A DNA stretch of 64,000 bases from Octopus vulgaris (GCA_951406725.2 OX597821.1:110050001-110114000); one strand, 5' to 3'. Shown: positions 40,651-54,104, counted from the first letter of the stretch. Program-made: numbers and translations. The notes: a model not told the origin generated them from the letters alone.

Positions 40651-42114
40651 TAAACTCAAAGAGCAACTAGAAAGTGAAAGTAGTTTCTAACTTAGGATGT
40701 CTCATAGATAGTGGTGGAAATGGTGTTGGAGGTGATAGATGTGGTTATCATGGCAGTGGTGGTGTAGTGGTGACAGTGGATGTGTATGATGGCAGAAATT
40801 ATAGTGTTGGTGTTTTTGTAGAGGTGGTGGTGGCGGTGGCGGCAGTGGATGATGATGATAATGATGATGATAGTAGTAGTAGCATTGATTATGTTAGGAT
40901 GTCTCATGGATGGTAGAGTTGAAGACATTGCTGAGTGTAGTGGTGGTGAAATTGGTGATTTTGAATATGATGCTGGTATTGATCTTGGGGTTGTGGTTGC
41001 AGAAGATGGTTGTGGTGGTGGCATTCGAGGTTGTAGTAATGGTTGTAGTGGTGGTTGTGAAGATGATTCTAATATTGATAGTCTTTGCATTGAGGTGGTG
41101 GCAGAGTCAGAGTAAATAATAAGAGCCCAGTTAACACAAGATTCTTAAATTTCGGAGATCATAAGATAGAGAGCAAGAAGTTAAAAGTTCCAATACTGGC
41201 CCAATACCTACACCCCAGATTCTTCAACTATTTTATAAGAAAGGGGTTAATGGCAGGATAGGGATTCAGCTTTAAAATAAATTGTATAACAAAAAATACA
41301 TAAATAAATTACTGCTCCAACGATGTAATTTTAGTATGTGTGTGTAAGCAATGCAAACAATGGAAAATAATTTAAACACTCATTTTCTGATGTCTAAGGA
41401 TGGATATTTATGCGTATGAATCTTTTTCTTTTTATTTTCTTTGAAATATAATTCTAGGGAACTGAAAAAGCTGTGTACGATGCCAAGCGAATTTAGCTAT
41501 TTACGATGAGCGGATGTTTACGTTACAAACGAATCTGTAGGTCTGTTTACATGTTTACGTTAACTACGTCACAAAATAGCTGTTTACGTCACAGTAACAA
41601 TATTTTGAGAGGCAGTAAATAATATGAGGTCGAAAGAAAGAATATCATTGGTTAAAATTCGAATTATTAAACAACGTTAAACTTAGAAATTACAATTCCG
41701 TTTTCATTTTGGTTTACAATTATGTTTTCTTTTGACACATTCTACCAGTATACGAAGTTTCAAATTGTTTAGTTAATTAAGAAAATCTGGCCTTCAAACT
41801 GAAAAGATCCTGGGAATGTTCTGAGAGGATAAAATGGCAGATACAAAAACCGTTGGAAATAAAAGAGCCGTTCACGACAACCCAAAAACATATATATCTA
41901 TATCGTATTCTAGGTAGCACGCATGTGTTACCATCTATCATGGCAAATAATTGAAAGAGGATAGTTTTCGGGAAGATAACAAAACATGAATAGCTAAATT
42001 AGAAGAATTTAGAATACCGAGACACAGAATAATAATATGATGTGTGTGTGTGTAAATGTCGACATTATGCTTAAACACATGTATACATTTACATGCATAC
42101 ATGTGTGTCTGTAT

Positions 42115-42265
<151 letters not shown>

Positions 42266-42397
42266 CCTGCTCGCTTAGCCAGCGGGGTGGCGTCATTTGA
42301 AGGCTAAAACAATGCGAAGCGCATTGTGACCAGCGATGTGTAGCAACATCTGATAGCCTGGTCGGTCACGGTGATGACGGTGATATATATATATATA

Positions 42398-42987
42398 CTG
42401 TTGTCCACTGTGGTCTCCCCACACAATACAAGGTATCATAAAAGTTGAAGCACCTCAAAGGGCAATCACAAAAAAGATAGATGGCATGACAGGCCTCGAC
42501 TATTGGGGTCGGCTAGAAAAGCTAAAACTCTATTCTCTCCAACGTCGTCGTGAGCGCTACATCATCTGCATGATGTGGAAAATATTCCATCAGCATTGCC
42601 CAAATGATGTTGGCATCACCTTTAAGGTACATCCAAGGCTTGGGCCCCGTGCCATCCGCCCAAAACAAAAATCGCACTCATCTCATAACAACAATACGGC
42701 ACAATTATTTCACCTCAATTGGCCCCGCTCTCTTTAACATTACACCAAAACACATTAAAACAGAAACTGACCCTATAGGGTTCAAGAAGTCTTTGGACAG
42801 ATTCCTTCAAGAAATCCCGGATAAACCCCCTACACCCGGATATGTCTCTGTAAACAATAACTCTCTACTTGAGTGGGCCATAGTGCCCAAATTCTGACTT
42901 GAAAGACTTCACCAGGTGGTGCTATTTAGTTAGACATGGCCTGGGCCAATAATGGCCGAAACCTATCAAAGTATCAAAGTATCAAAG

Positions 42988-42988
<1 letters not shown>
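42398..42988 (+). mobile_element. CR1-group LINE 3' fragment
   Basis: RLEKLKLYSLQRRRERYIICMMWKI, GPALFN and FKKSLDRFL; tail (TATCAAAG)n. Confidence 0.8.
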
Positions 42989-43023
<35 letters not shown>

Positions 43024-43240
43024 TATACATATATGCACCCACCATACATGTATATATATATATATACGTGTATTTATGATACATATTATATAGGTGTATG
43101 TGTATGTATGTGTACATATGTATACAGATCAATATATTCAGAAAGTTGTAGACACAGATATATACAGAGGGATATATTATATGAATATAGCAGCATACAG
43201 CTGTCTCCTTGAAAAGACACGTGCGTGTTTTTTGAATTTT

Positions 43241-43278
<38 letters not shown>

Positions 43279-43497
43279 ACGCACACACACACATCTGCTT
43301 GAGTACTTGAATGTAGACACGAAAGGTTAAATGAGTACTCGATACCAAAGTAGCGTTTTAATAATGATAGTCAAATGTTGGCCCCTTACATCTGGGTATT
43401 TGGATCTCAAGGTTTCCGAGCTTCAGATTTGATATAAATCGTTGCATAAATGATGAACTATCCAAAATATACCGGAAGTGTGCGCAGAGGAGAGATT

Positions 43498-43722
43498 ACT
43501 CTTTACTCTTTTACTCTTTTACTTGTTTCAGTCATTTTGACTGCGGCCATGCTGGAGCACCGCCTTTAGTCGAGCAAATCGACCCCGGAACTTATTCTTT
43601 TTGTAAGCCCAGCCAGTACTTATTCTATCGGTCTCTTTTTGCCGAACCGCTAAGTGGCGGGGACGTAGACACACCAGCATCGGTTGTCAAGCAATGCTAG
43701 GGGGACAAACACAGACACACAA

Positions 43723-43807
<85 letters not shown>

Positions 43808-44096
43808 GGCTTAGTAAAATAAATTACTTTGCCGCATACTGAACTCATTAGAAATAGCAGCTAAAAAAACTTTTTTAAAACTATTTCCAATACTTAAAAC
43901 TTTCTTTAAGTATTGGAAATAGTTTTAAAAAAGTTTTTTTAGCTGCTATTTCTAATGAGTTCAGTATGCGGCAAAGTAATTTATTTTACTAAGCCCTTTA
44001 TATAATGTAATAATTTGAATTCGCCTTAAATGGTCCCTTTGCATACTGAATACTTGGTGAAATTGATTAATTAATTAATTTTACCCTCAATTGTTG

Positions 44097-44153
<57 letters not shown>

Positions 44154-44318
44154 TACGACAGGCGTCTTTCAGTTTCCGTCTACCAAATCCACTCACAAGG
44201 CATTGGTCGGCCCGGGTCTATAGCAGAAGACACTTGCCCAAGATGCCACGCAGTGGGACTGAACCCGCAACCATGTGGTTGGTTAGCAAGCTACTTACCA
44301 CACAGCCACTCCTGCGCC
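43498..44318 (-). mobile_element. SINE family A with a fold-back element inserted in its (TA)n tract
   Basis: SINE halves at 43498-43740 and 44150-44318. Confidence 0.85.
43804..44098 (+). mobile_element. Truncated PLE/retrozyme-family element with a perfect 95-bp inverted repeat
   Basis: 43804-43898 pairs with 43905-43999 around a 6-nt loop; the tail is homologous to 7775-7875. Confidence 0.75.
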
Positions 44319-44609
44319 TTGCGGGTAAAAAAAAATATAAATCAAATAGGTTTGAAATGTAAAAGAAAAGAAGAATGCACTTTCGTAATTAGTAACGCAT
44401 TTTCCGGTTCTGTTAATCCACCAGTCTCAAAAAAAAAAATGGTTATGTGGTCAGGAAGCTCGCTTTATAGTTGTATGGTTTCGGGTTCAGTCCGACCTCG
44501 CGGCACGTCGGGCAAGTGTTCTCTCTTATAGTCCAAGGCTTATGTTTGTTTTTTTTTTTGTTTTTTTCAGAAGGAACCGGTGTGGAAGCCATTTTATATA
44601 TATACAATA

Positions 44610-44993
44610 CTAGCAGTATCGCCCGGCTTTGCTCAGGTTTGTAAGGGAAATAACTATAAAGCATTTTTAGAGAGTTATAGCCAAAAAATAGCAAAAAAAT
44701 GGAAAAAAATGATGGTAAATTTTTTTTGAGAGTTAAAAAAGGTGGAGTTGCGTCCCCTAGACAGTTTGCGGTTTGTGTTTCTGATTCTCGACCCCATGTC
44801 GAATTTATCGATTTTTTTCAGAACTGGGGGAACTTTTCAGAATTTTCGCTGCGTTAGTTTTGAATTATGACATTGGGCTATGTGTGTGTCAAGTTTCATC
44901 AGAATCGGTTGAAAGCCGTGGTCAGGGTGAGGGTACAAGCAAACAGGCACACAGAAACACGCACAGACAAATTGCCGTTTATATATATAGAGA
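44610..44993 (-). mobile_element. Non-autonomous Helitron with the shared 3' end and a different 5' body
   Basis: The CTAG/hairpin end matches 40255; the 5' end is TCTCTATATATATAAACGGC. Confidence 0.75.
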
Positions 44994-45074
44994 TATACAT
45001 ATATATACATATACATACATATGCATACACATACATATATATGTATGTATATATATCTTTCTTTTTCTTTCTTT

Positions 45075-45467
45075 TTATTTGTTTCAGTCATTTTGACTGC
45101 GGCCATGCTGGAGCACCGCCTTCAATCGAGCAACTCGACCCCGGGACTTATTCTTTGTAAGCCCAGTACTTATTCTATCGGTCTCTTTTGCCGAACCGCT
45201 AAGTGACGGGGACATAAACACACCAGCATCGGTTGTCAAGCAATGCTAGGGGGAGAAACACAGACACACAAACATACACGCACATACATATATATACATA
45301 TATACGACGGGCTTCTTTCAGTTTCCGTCTACCAAATCCACTCACAAGACTTAGATCGGCCCGAGGCTATAGTAGAAGACACTTGCCCAAGGTGCCACGC
45401 AGTGGGACTGAACCCGGAGCCATGTGGTTGGTAAACAAGCTGCTTACCACACAGCCACTCCTGCGCC
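45075..45467 (-). mobile_element. SINE family A
   Basis: Near-identical to 10188-10583. Confidence 0.85.
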
Positions 45468-45496
45468 TATATATATATTTTTTTTTCTTTATATAT

Positions 45497-45584
<88 letters not shown>

Positions 45585-45652
45585 TATATATATATAAACG
45601 TGGAATAAGTATAGTGTTATTAGTCGCCAAAGAAAGGAAAGAAGGAAGGAGG

Positions 45653-45687
45653 ATTTCACGTTTCGAGCGGAGCTCTTCGTCAGAAAT
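45653..45687 (-). ncRNA. Minimal hammerhead motif (GUG at cleavage triplet, probably inactive)
   Basis: Minus strand: attt-CTGACGA-a-gagc-tcc-gctc-GAAAC-GTG-aaat. Confidence 0.65.
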
Positions 45688-45825
45688 ATAGGAAAAAAGA
45701 AAAAGTCAAAGTAAGGAAGTCGGAGTAAGAAAATCGCCAACGATATACACGCAGTCATATATTCGTTAGCTACTGCACGCATTTTTTTTCTCTCCTTCTT
45801 TCCGTGTTTTTTTTCTCTCTGTGTA

Positions 45826-45863
45826 TCTTTCTGTTGAAGAGCGTAGGCTCGAAACATTAAAGA
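45826..45863 (+). ncRNA. Hammerhead-like motif with CUGUUGA core variant
   Basis: tcttt-CTGTTGA-a-gagc-gtag-gctc-GAAAC-ATT-aaaga. Confidence 0.55.
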
Positions 45864-46060
45864 CTTGTTTTATTTATATTTCCTGAGCGCCATACTAATA
45901 CAATTGTTCGTTTGTTTTCCACCTGCCTTCGTCTTTTGTCTATTTTCATAAAGCTTCCCGTTATATATATATATAGTTCAAATTTACAGACAACAAAAAC
46001 GAGGACAGATATAGGAACAAGCAGGTGTATTAGTTTAACTCTCGAGAGGAATTGAAAAGT

Positions 46061-46096
46061 CTTTTACGTTTCGAACCTACGCTCTTCGACAGAAAG
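46061..46096 (-). ncRNA. Hammerhead-like motif with CUGUCGA core variant
   Basis: Minus strand: cttt-CTGTCGA-a-gagc-gtag-gttc-GAAAC-GTA-aaag. Confidence 0.55.
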
Positions 46097-46160
46097 GATT
46101 ACAAGATTAAAAATGGCGAAAGAATAGTGACCGCATATAAGCTTTATGCTTACAATTGTC

Positions 46161-46230
<70 letters not shown>

Positions 46231-46299
46231 TGCTGTATTTCTGGATGGTCATCTTTTTTTCTTTCACAACTTTCTTTCACTCATTCTTCCTGTTTCTAT

Positions 46300-46490
46300 T
46301 GTTCCTGTATTTCAAAGGGCCAGCCTTGTCACACTCTGTGTCACGTTGATTCTCCCCGAGAACTACGTTAAGGGGAACACGTGTCTGTGGAGTGCTCAGT
46401 CACTTGCACGTTAATTTCACGAGCAGGCTGTTCCGTTGATCGGACCAACTGGAGCCCTCGTCGTCGTCGTCGTAACCGACGGAGTTCCGT
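46300..46490 (+). mobile_element. SINE family C, 3' fragment
   Basis: Reverse complement of ~55945-56100. Confidence 0.65.
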
Positions 46491-46799
46491 GATATATATG
46501 TAGAGATAGATAGATATATAACCACAAAGTTTTATTATATTATATAACCTCGCTCCCCCAAAAGAATAAACAAGAAAAACAAGTGACAAGTCGAGTCAAT
46601 AATACAGTAGCAATGGGTGTGTTTGAGGGAGTTTGTGTGTCTGGGTGTGATTGAAGGGAGCGTGTGTGCGCGTGTGCGTGTGCGCGAGGGTACATGCTAA
46701 TAGACGGATCAGTAAGAACAGCGCATTTCATATTGAACTACCTGTAAGATGTTTCATTAGTGAATAGACACCCAGATATGCGAAACGCTGTATTACAAG

Positions 46800-47695
46800 A
46801 CATATGTTTATATAGGTGTGTATATGTGTGTGTATGTGTTTGTGTGTGTTTTGTACGTGTGTGTGCTTGTGCAAGTAAGCATATAAGTATACATATACGT
46901 ATATGCATACACATACATATATGTACATGTATGTACATTTATATATTTCCGTAAATACACACCCGAACACACACACACACCACCACACACGCATATATAT
47001 ATATATATACACACATACACACATACATACACACATACATACATACATACATGCATACATGCATACATATATACATACATACAAACATACAAACATACAA
47101 ACATACACACATACACACATAGATACACACATACAAACATACATATATGCATACACACATACATACACACATACATACATACATACACACATACATACAC
47201 ACATACATAGATACATACATACATACATACACACATACACACATACACACATACACACATACATATACACATACAAACATACATATACACATACAAACAT
47301 ACATAGATACACACATATATACATACATATATACATACATACAAACATACAAACATACAAACATACACACATACACACATAGATACACACATACAAACAT
47401 ACATATATGCATACACACATACATACATACATACATACATACATACACACATACATACACACATACATAGATACATACATACATACATACATACACACAT
47501 ACACACATACACACATACACACATACATATACACATACAAACATACATACATACACACATACATACATACAAACATACACACATACACACATACATACAA
47601 ACATACAAACATACATACATACACACATACATACATACATACATACATACAAACATACACACATACATACATACGTACGTACATACATATATGTA
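46800..47695. repeat. Complex (CATA/CA)n microsatellite
   Basis: Directly visible. Confidence 0.95.
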
Positions 47696-48528
47696 GAAGC
47701 GCGTAGACACACTGCGAGAGGTGCACAGAGGTATACGAAAAGTGTAAACAAACGCACGTAAACAAACATGATATCAATTAGATGTAAATTGTGGTCGAAG
47801 ACGACAATCTTTCGGTGGCAGAGATTTCTGAAGTGAAATCATAAACAAACATAGATTGAAAGCAGCGTAGGATGCGTTGCGGGCGGAGGAAGAATAAAGA
47901 CCAGATCGAGGTGGGAGTTAGGGGAGTGAACAGTGGACGAGACTCTTAAACAAACCTCAAATAACTTTAGATAAAAGTTTTGGAAGGGTTTTTTTGTTGT
48001 TGTTGTTGTTGTATTCGTGCAAATATAAATGTGTGTTTGGGCGTGTGACTGTATACCTTTATACATATACACACACTCACATACATAACGCGTATATGTA
48101 TGTATGTTATGTATTACTCTTTTCTCTTTTACTCTTTTATTTGTTTCAGTCATTCGACTGCGGCCATGCTGGAGCACCGCCTTTAGTCGAGAAAATCGAC
48201 CCCGGGACTTATTCTTTGTAAGCCCAGTACTTATTCTATCGGTCTAATTTTTGCCGAACCGCGCTAAGTGACGGGGACGTAAACACACCAGCATCGGTTG
48301 TCAAGCGATGGTGTGGGGGGGGGGAGACAAACACAGACACACAAACATATACACACACATACATATATATATAAATATACATATATACGACAGGCATCTT
48401 TCAGTTTCCGTCTACCAAATCCACTCACAAGGCATTGGTCGGCCCGAGGCTATAGCAGAAGACACTTGCCCAAGATTCCACGCAGTGGGACTGAACCCGG
48501 AACCATGTGGTTGGTAAGCAAGCTACTT

Positions 48529-50724
48529 TATTTCAAAACATTTGCCATAAAGGCAGTACACAGATTAAGTTAGCTTTGCGGGCTGGACGAGGACATTAAT
48601 GAAGTGAATGATAATGAAAGAAAGATGATAAGGATGGGAGAAGACAGAAAGCGCCCGCCGACTTTTGCTTCTCTAAAACATTGTTCTTTTTAAAAAGATA
48701 AACACAAAACGAGGTATAAAACCTCTTACAATTTTTCCCAATTTTGGGCTTAGCAGTCCATTATTAATACAAAACGAGGTATTAATCCTCTTACAATTTT
48801 TCAATTTTTGGACTTAAGTCCATTACTAATAATACATATCGTCCTCGAAATAGCTTGTGCCCGCGCCCTCCACCATCAACCACGCCTCCCTCAGAACGTA
48901 GTCAAGTTCCGAGTTCGCGTCGCCCGGGACCAAGTTATAATCTTCGTTGAGCTCCTTTAGCCCTAGCGTCACGTCGAACGCCACGGCCTCCACAGCTACC
49001 TGCGGAGGCCATTCGGGGTCCTGTGTGAAGGCTAAAGGTGCTCCCTTGTAGTGCTCTTCCATCACTTTTTCAATTTCTCCTCCTCTATAGAAGAGGACCA
49101 ACACATTTAGTTCTTTCGTTGGCGGCACAGTTTCCGCCAACGGTATTCCTTCTCTTGTCGGTGGCACAACCCCAACCGACGTAGTTCCGCGACATTCCGG
49201 TGCTACACTGACAGCCGGTAATGTCCCGTTTTTCTTCCTCTTTTTCTTTTTTTTTTCCCTTTTCAACTGAGGGAGGGTGCGTCTCCTCCGTGGCTGGAAG
49301 ATTCGCCTTCCTCTCCTCATCCCTATTATCCTTTGGTGAGCACCCATTGTTGCTCACCTTCCTCTTTCGGCCTCTGTTTGAGGAGTCCTCTGCTTTCTCG
49401 GCCGTTATCGTTCCCTCTTCTAGAGGGGTTTTACTTAACTGTTCCGGGATCCTATTTTGTTCCCGAGGACAGTTCTTCTTTATGTGGCCGGACTCCAAGC
49501 ACCGATGACACTTAGGGGGGCGACCCTCAAGCATCACCGGGTACCTGCACCCGGCCATTTTCAAAAAATCTGGAAGAACCAGATTGGCTGATTGTGTCCA
49601 CAGAGTCAAAATTGCTTTCGACCCAACCCAAGCAGCCGCAGGAAGAACTTTTACATTGAGGAGCTTAGTTTCGCTGTCACCCAGACCCCGGCGGATAGTC
49701 TCCTCTATCCACTCGGGTTCTATGTCGGGTGGCAGTCCGCAGATCCAAGCTTTCATCAATTTCTTTTTTTTGTACGTGGGCAGGAATAAGATTTCCTTAC
49801 CCTCCAAGGGTTTGCTAGCAAATATGCAAGCCTCTTCAGGGGTGTCAAATAGCAACCACACCGTTGCATATTTGACACCCCTGAAATGAATTTAATTGTT
49901 GGCAAATACTCTTCCAACTCCTCCTCAATTGCCGTCTTTTCGAATAGGGCGATGGTGTCAAGTGCCTTGGAGTAGGTTCTCAACACCACCGTCCTATCTT
50001 CACGGTCTTTTAACCACTTTTTGGGTGGTATGATTTCCCACTCCAAAATTTTGTTATTTTTCATTGCCATGTTTTTTTAAAAATATATTCAAATTAAACT
50101 CAAAAGCAGGAAGAAAAAAGTTCAAAAGTCTAAATAAAATTTGATAGATTTTTGAAAAAACAAAAAGGAGAAAGCACAACAGAAGGGAAGAAATTAACGG
50201 AAAGTCGCAATAAAGAAAAAAACAAAAGGGGGGGGGTTAAATGAAGTTCAAAAGAAAGTTAATAAACAGAAAAAACACAGCAAAAATATTCTGGCCTTGC
50301 GGTACTCCCGGCCTGGGTTGAACCTGGAACGCCGCAACTGCAACACAACCTCCACAAAAATGGGTCCGAAAGGTAATCCAATAGTGGCTTATTTTTATAA
50401 TTTTCTTGCGAAGTAGTAAAACACAAGCAAACAAATTAATTTTGCGGAGGGGCTACTCCTCCTCAAAAAGCACAATTCTCACTAAAGAGTGAGACCTTAG
50501 ACACGACAACAGGCAGAGAAATATATCTGAAGTAAAGTGAAGTCTATTACCCGCAAAAAAATATTAATGCTAGATAACGTTAACTGCTAAATAACATTAA
50601 GCAAGCAATAAACTTCACTATGCTTCTAAAAATACAGAACGTCTTACCTGTCACCGAGTCAAAAGTTCAACATTTCACGTTCAAACACGTGACATTTGCA
50701 GGAGCAAAAAACAACACGTCTGTC
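48529..50724 (-). mobile_element. ORF1-only non-LTR retroelement 2
   Basis: Perfect 17-bp TSD TGGTAAGCAAGCTACTT (48512-48528 and 50725-50741). About 650 bp of 5'UTR, one gag-like ORF, AATAAA at the 3' end, no RT. Confidence 0.85.
48826..50070 (-). pseudogene. Gag-like/ORF1p protein with CCHC zinc knuckle, two frameshifts
   Basis: ORFs 49756-50070, 49085-49861 (CHRCLESGHIKKNC) and 48826-49347; homologous to 27845-29236. Confidence 0.8.
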
Positions 50725-51269
50725 TGGTAAGCAAGCTACTTACCACACAGCCACTCCTGCGCGTATATGTATATATATTCTTTAATTTTTAAAAATTCTT
50801 TCATTTGACTGTGGCCATGCTGGAGCACCGCCTTGAAGGATTTTAGTCGAACAAATCGAACAGAGGGACTTTTTCTTTTTTTTTCTTTAAGTCCGAGTAC
50901 TTATTCTATCGGTCTTTTTACCGAGCCACTAAATTACGGGGACGTAAACACACCAACACACTAATCGAATTATACGTATTTGCCCAAATTATATATGTGT
51001 GTGTGTGTGTGTGTGTATTATGTATGTATGTATGTATGTATGTATGTATGTATGTATGTATGTATGTATGTATGTATGTATATATGTATGTGTATACGCC
51101 AGGCTCGTTGGCCCGAGGCTATAGTAGAAGACACTTGCCCAAGGTATCACGCAGTAGGACTGAACCTGGAACCATGTGGTAGGGAAGTACGCTTCTTATC
51201 ACACAGCCACACCCGCGCTTCTATATACACATGTATATCATATATTATAAACTTAGATAAACTTGATAT

Positions 51270-51730
51270 GTTTCGACCAAAGATTGGTCCAGGCTATGTC
51301 TAAGTTAATAGCATCACCTGATAGGATTATCTAAGTCTTCTTGAAGTCAAGTTTTTAGGTGTGGTATCATAGTCCATTCGAGTAGGGAGTTCTTGCTGGG
51401 GGAGTTGTATCCAGGTATAGGTGGCTTATCCGGTATTCCTTGAAGAAATTTGTCGAGATTCCGTTTAAAGGTGATAAGGATCCTTTTTCCTCTTTGATCT
51501 GTTTCGGGACAATGTTAAATAGGGTAGGGCCTGTTGAGGAAAAGAAATTGTGTTGCAGTGTATTTGTGTCTTGTGATACTGAATTGGGTCGGGGACGTAT
51601 GGCCCGAGGTCCTAGCCTTGGATGAATTTTGAAGCTAATGTTGAGGTCGTTTGGGAAATGCTGGGGTTATATTCTCCACGTCACGCAAAAGATGTATCGC
51701 TCACGGCGGTGCTGGAGAGAATGGAGTTAT
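51270..51730 (-). mobile_element. CR1-group LINE 3' fragment
   Basis: Reverse complement resembles 42520-42960. Confidence 0.7.
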
Positions 51731-52129
51731 GTATTTCTATTTTATATGTTATCTTTCTTTGTTACCCCAGGATATTTTTTATCAGTCTCTCTTTGCCGAA
51801 CCGCTATGTTACAGACACGTAAACTCACCAACACCGTTTGTCAAGTGGTGGTGAGGGACAAACCGAGACGCAAAGACGCGCGCACACACACACATATATA
51901 TATACATATGTATATATACGACGGGCTTGTTTTAGTTTCCGTCTACCAAATCCATTCAGAAGAGGCTCTAGAAGACACTTTGCCAAGGTACCACGCATTG
52001 GAACTGAATCCAGAACCATATGGTTGGGAAGCAAGCTTCTTAACACATGCCCACGCCTATAGGTATATGTAAACATATATAAGTATGCGTGTATGTAAGT
52101 ATACATACATACATATATATATATATATG

Positions 52130-52203
<74 letters not shown>

Positions 52204-52769
52204 TATACATATGATACATTTATACACGCAACCATACAATCCTGCCTGGCGGGTAGACGCTAGTAAATGCTGATTAGACGTCCATAGACTTTACTGTATA
52301 AATGTTATTTCGTCATTGTCTGTGTACCAATGCGTCTCCCGCCATATTTACACGTAGTGCTAGCAACGAGATGAACAACACTAATCTTATCAGGGCCGTT
52401 AGGACATCACAGAACAACCAGTTCTCATGTAGAGGATTTAAATGGGTGAACAAACATGGGGGGCGGGCGAAGATGGCGAAATCCCCGTTGCATTTTGCAA
52501 GGACTTTTTCCTCCTACCTATCTCCCTCTGACACACACACACACACGCACGCACGCAGGTGCGCACACACACAGACTGATTAGAAACTAACAAGTCATTA
52601 CGGAGCGAAACATTGAGAAAACACTCGTCCATTATATGATACCAACGCAGACCTCACTTTGCGCGGGATATTCACAGACGCTCAACATTTATAATCCTGT
52701 ATTAAGACGTACAAATGTTTGAACATATATACGTCAACACACAGACACACACAAGATACAGGCAGACAT

Positions 52770-52817
<48 letters not shown>

Positions 52818-52823
52818 ATAATA

Positions 52824-53464
52824 GTGGCGAAGCAAATTTTTTTTTGCTGAACCCTAATTATAATTATACTCATAATTATATAAAGTGATGTTTAAGGTTA
52901 CCGTAAATGGTCCTTTTAACATACTGATCACTACTTGGTAGAATTATTAATTACTAATTAATTAATTTTACCCTTTATTATTACTGATAATATAATTATC
53001 TCCCTGATAATAAACTACAGATTTTTCTGTAGGAATTTGTTGTTCGACAACTCACGTGGGTGGGCGAAGGAGAATACGAAGCCTCATTCGTATGTTTTGA
53101 ATTCGTTGGTTCTGTATGTTGAAAATAGTTTATCTGATGTTACTTGAATCAGATAGGTATGATCACTTTCAGTGCTCTCTAATTCAAAATTATTGAAATC
53201 TTTGTGCTGATGAAGAGAATGTTAGAATGGAGATATAATTCTTGCATCTCCATATCTAACTAACTCAGAAACGCGTCCACAAGTAATCAAATGCCGGGTG
53301 AACTTTCGTTATTTTTCCCTCTATACCTACGTGAATTGTTTTTGAGTATACATTGTCTGAGGGATTATACTTTGGCTCCTATTTCTAAAAGTTCGGTATG
53401 TGGCGAAGCAATTTTTTTTTTTTTGCTGAACCCTAATTATAATTATACTCATAATTATATAAAG

Positions 53465-53465
<1 letters not shown>
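52824..53465 (+). mobile_element. Retrozyme/PLE-type non-coding element, 576-bp monomer with ~63-bp terminal direct repeat
   Basis: GTGGCGAAGCAA(T)nGCTGAACCCTAATTATAATTATACTCATAATTATATAAAGT at 52824-52886 and 53400-53465; internal hammerhead; flanked by (TA)n. Confidence 0.75.
53202..53282 (+). ncRNA. Type I hammerhead ribozyme, intact core, long stem II
   Basis: ttgtg-CTGATGA-[a-gag..gttaga-atggagat...atctccat-a-tctaac..ctc-a]-GAAAC-gc-GTC-cacaa. Confidence 0.85.
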
Positions 53466-53533
<68 letters not shown>

Positions 53534-53535
<2 letters not shown>

Positions 53536-54104
53536 CAATAATAATAAAGGGTAAAATAATTTAACTAATAATTAATAATTCCACCAAGTAGTGTTTGGCA
53601 TGTTAAAAGGACCATTTTCGGTAAACTTAAACAATATTTTTTAATTATGAGTATAATTATAATTAGGGTTCAGCAAAAAATTGCTTCACCACACACCGAA
53701 CTTTAGAAATAGCAGCCAAAGAACTTGGCTATTTCTTCTACTATAAATAGAAACTTCAGGACAATATATACTCAAAACAATTCACGTAGACAGAAAGGAA
53801 AAAGCAACGAAATTCACTCGGTATTTGATTACCTGTGGACGCATTTTACTCGACAACACGCGTGGATGGGTGAGGGAAGATGCGAGACCTCATTCGTATG
53901 TTTTGAATTCGTTAGTACTGGACATTGGATCTAGTTTGTATGATACTACTTGAATTGGATAGGTATGTTCAAATTTTTCAGAGCTCTCAAATTTAGAATC
54001 TTGAAATGCTGTGCTGAAGTGGAAAATGACCAGAGGAAGTGTGATTTTTACATTCTTCATACCGATCTAATTCCAAAACGCGTCCACAGGTAATCAAATA
54101 CCGA
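53534..54104 (-). mobile_element. Second copy of the same family with a 5' inversion; mutated hammerhead at 54009-54089 (+)
   Basis: 53534-53846 is antisense (tail to hammerhead 3' half) and 53847-54104 is sense, containing ctgtg-CTGAAGT-ggaa...ttcc-AAAAC-gc-GTC-cacag. Confidence 0.7.

Larger units (their letters stand above)
48115..50763 (-). mobile_element. SINE family A split by ORF1-only element 2
   Basis: SINE body 48115-48528 resumes at 50725-50763. Confidence 0.85.

Noticed and set aside
40674-41119. Pro/Ser- or Gly/Cys-rich ORFs
   Set aside because: Degenerate (GGT/GAT)n low-complexity DNA that is open in several frames on both strands.
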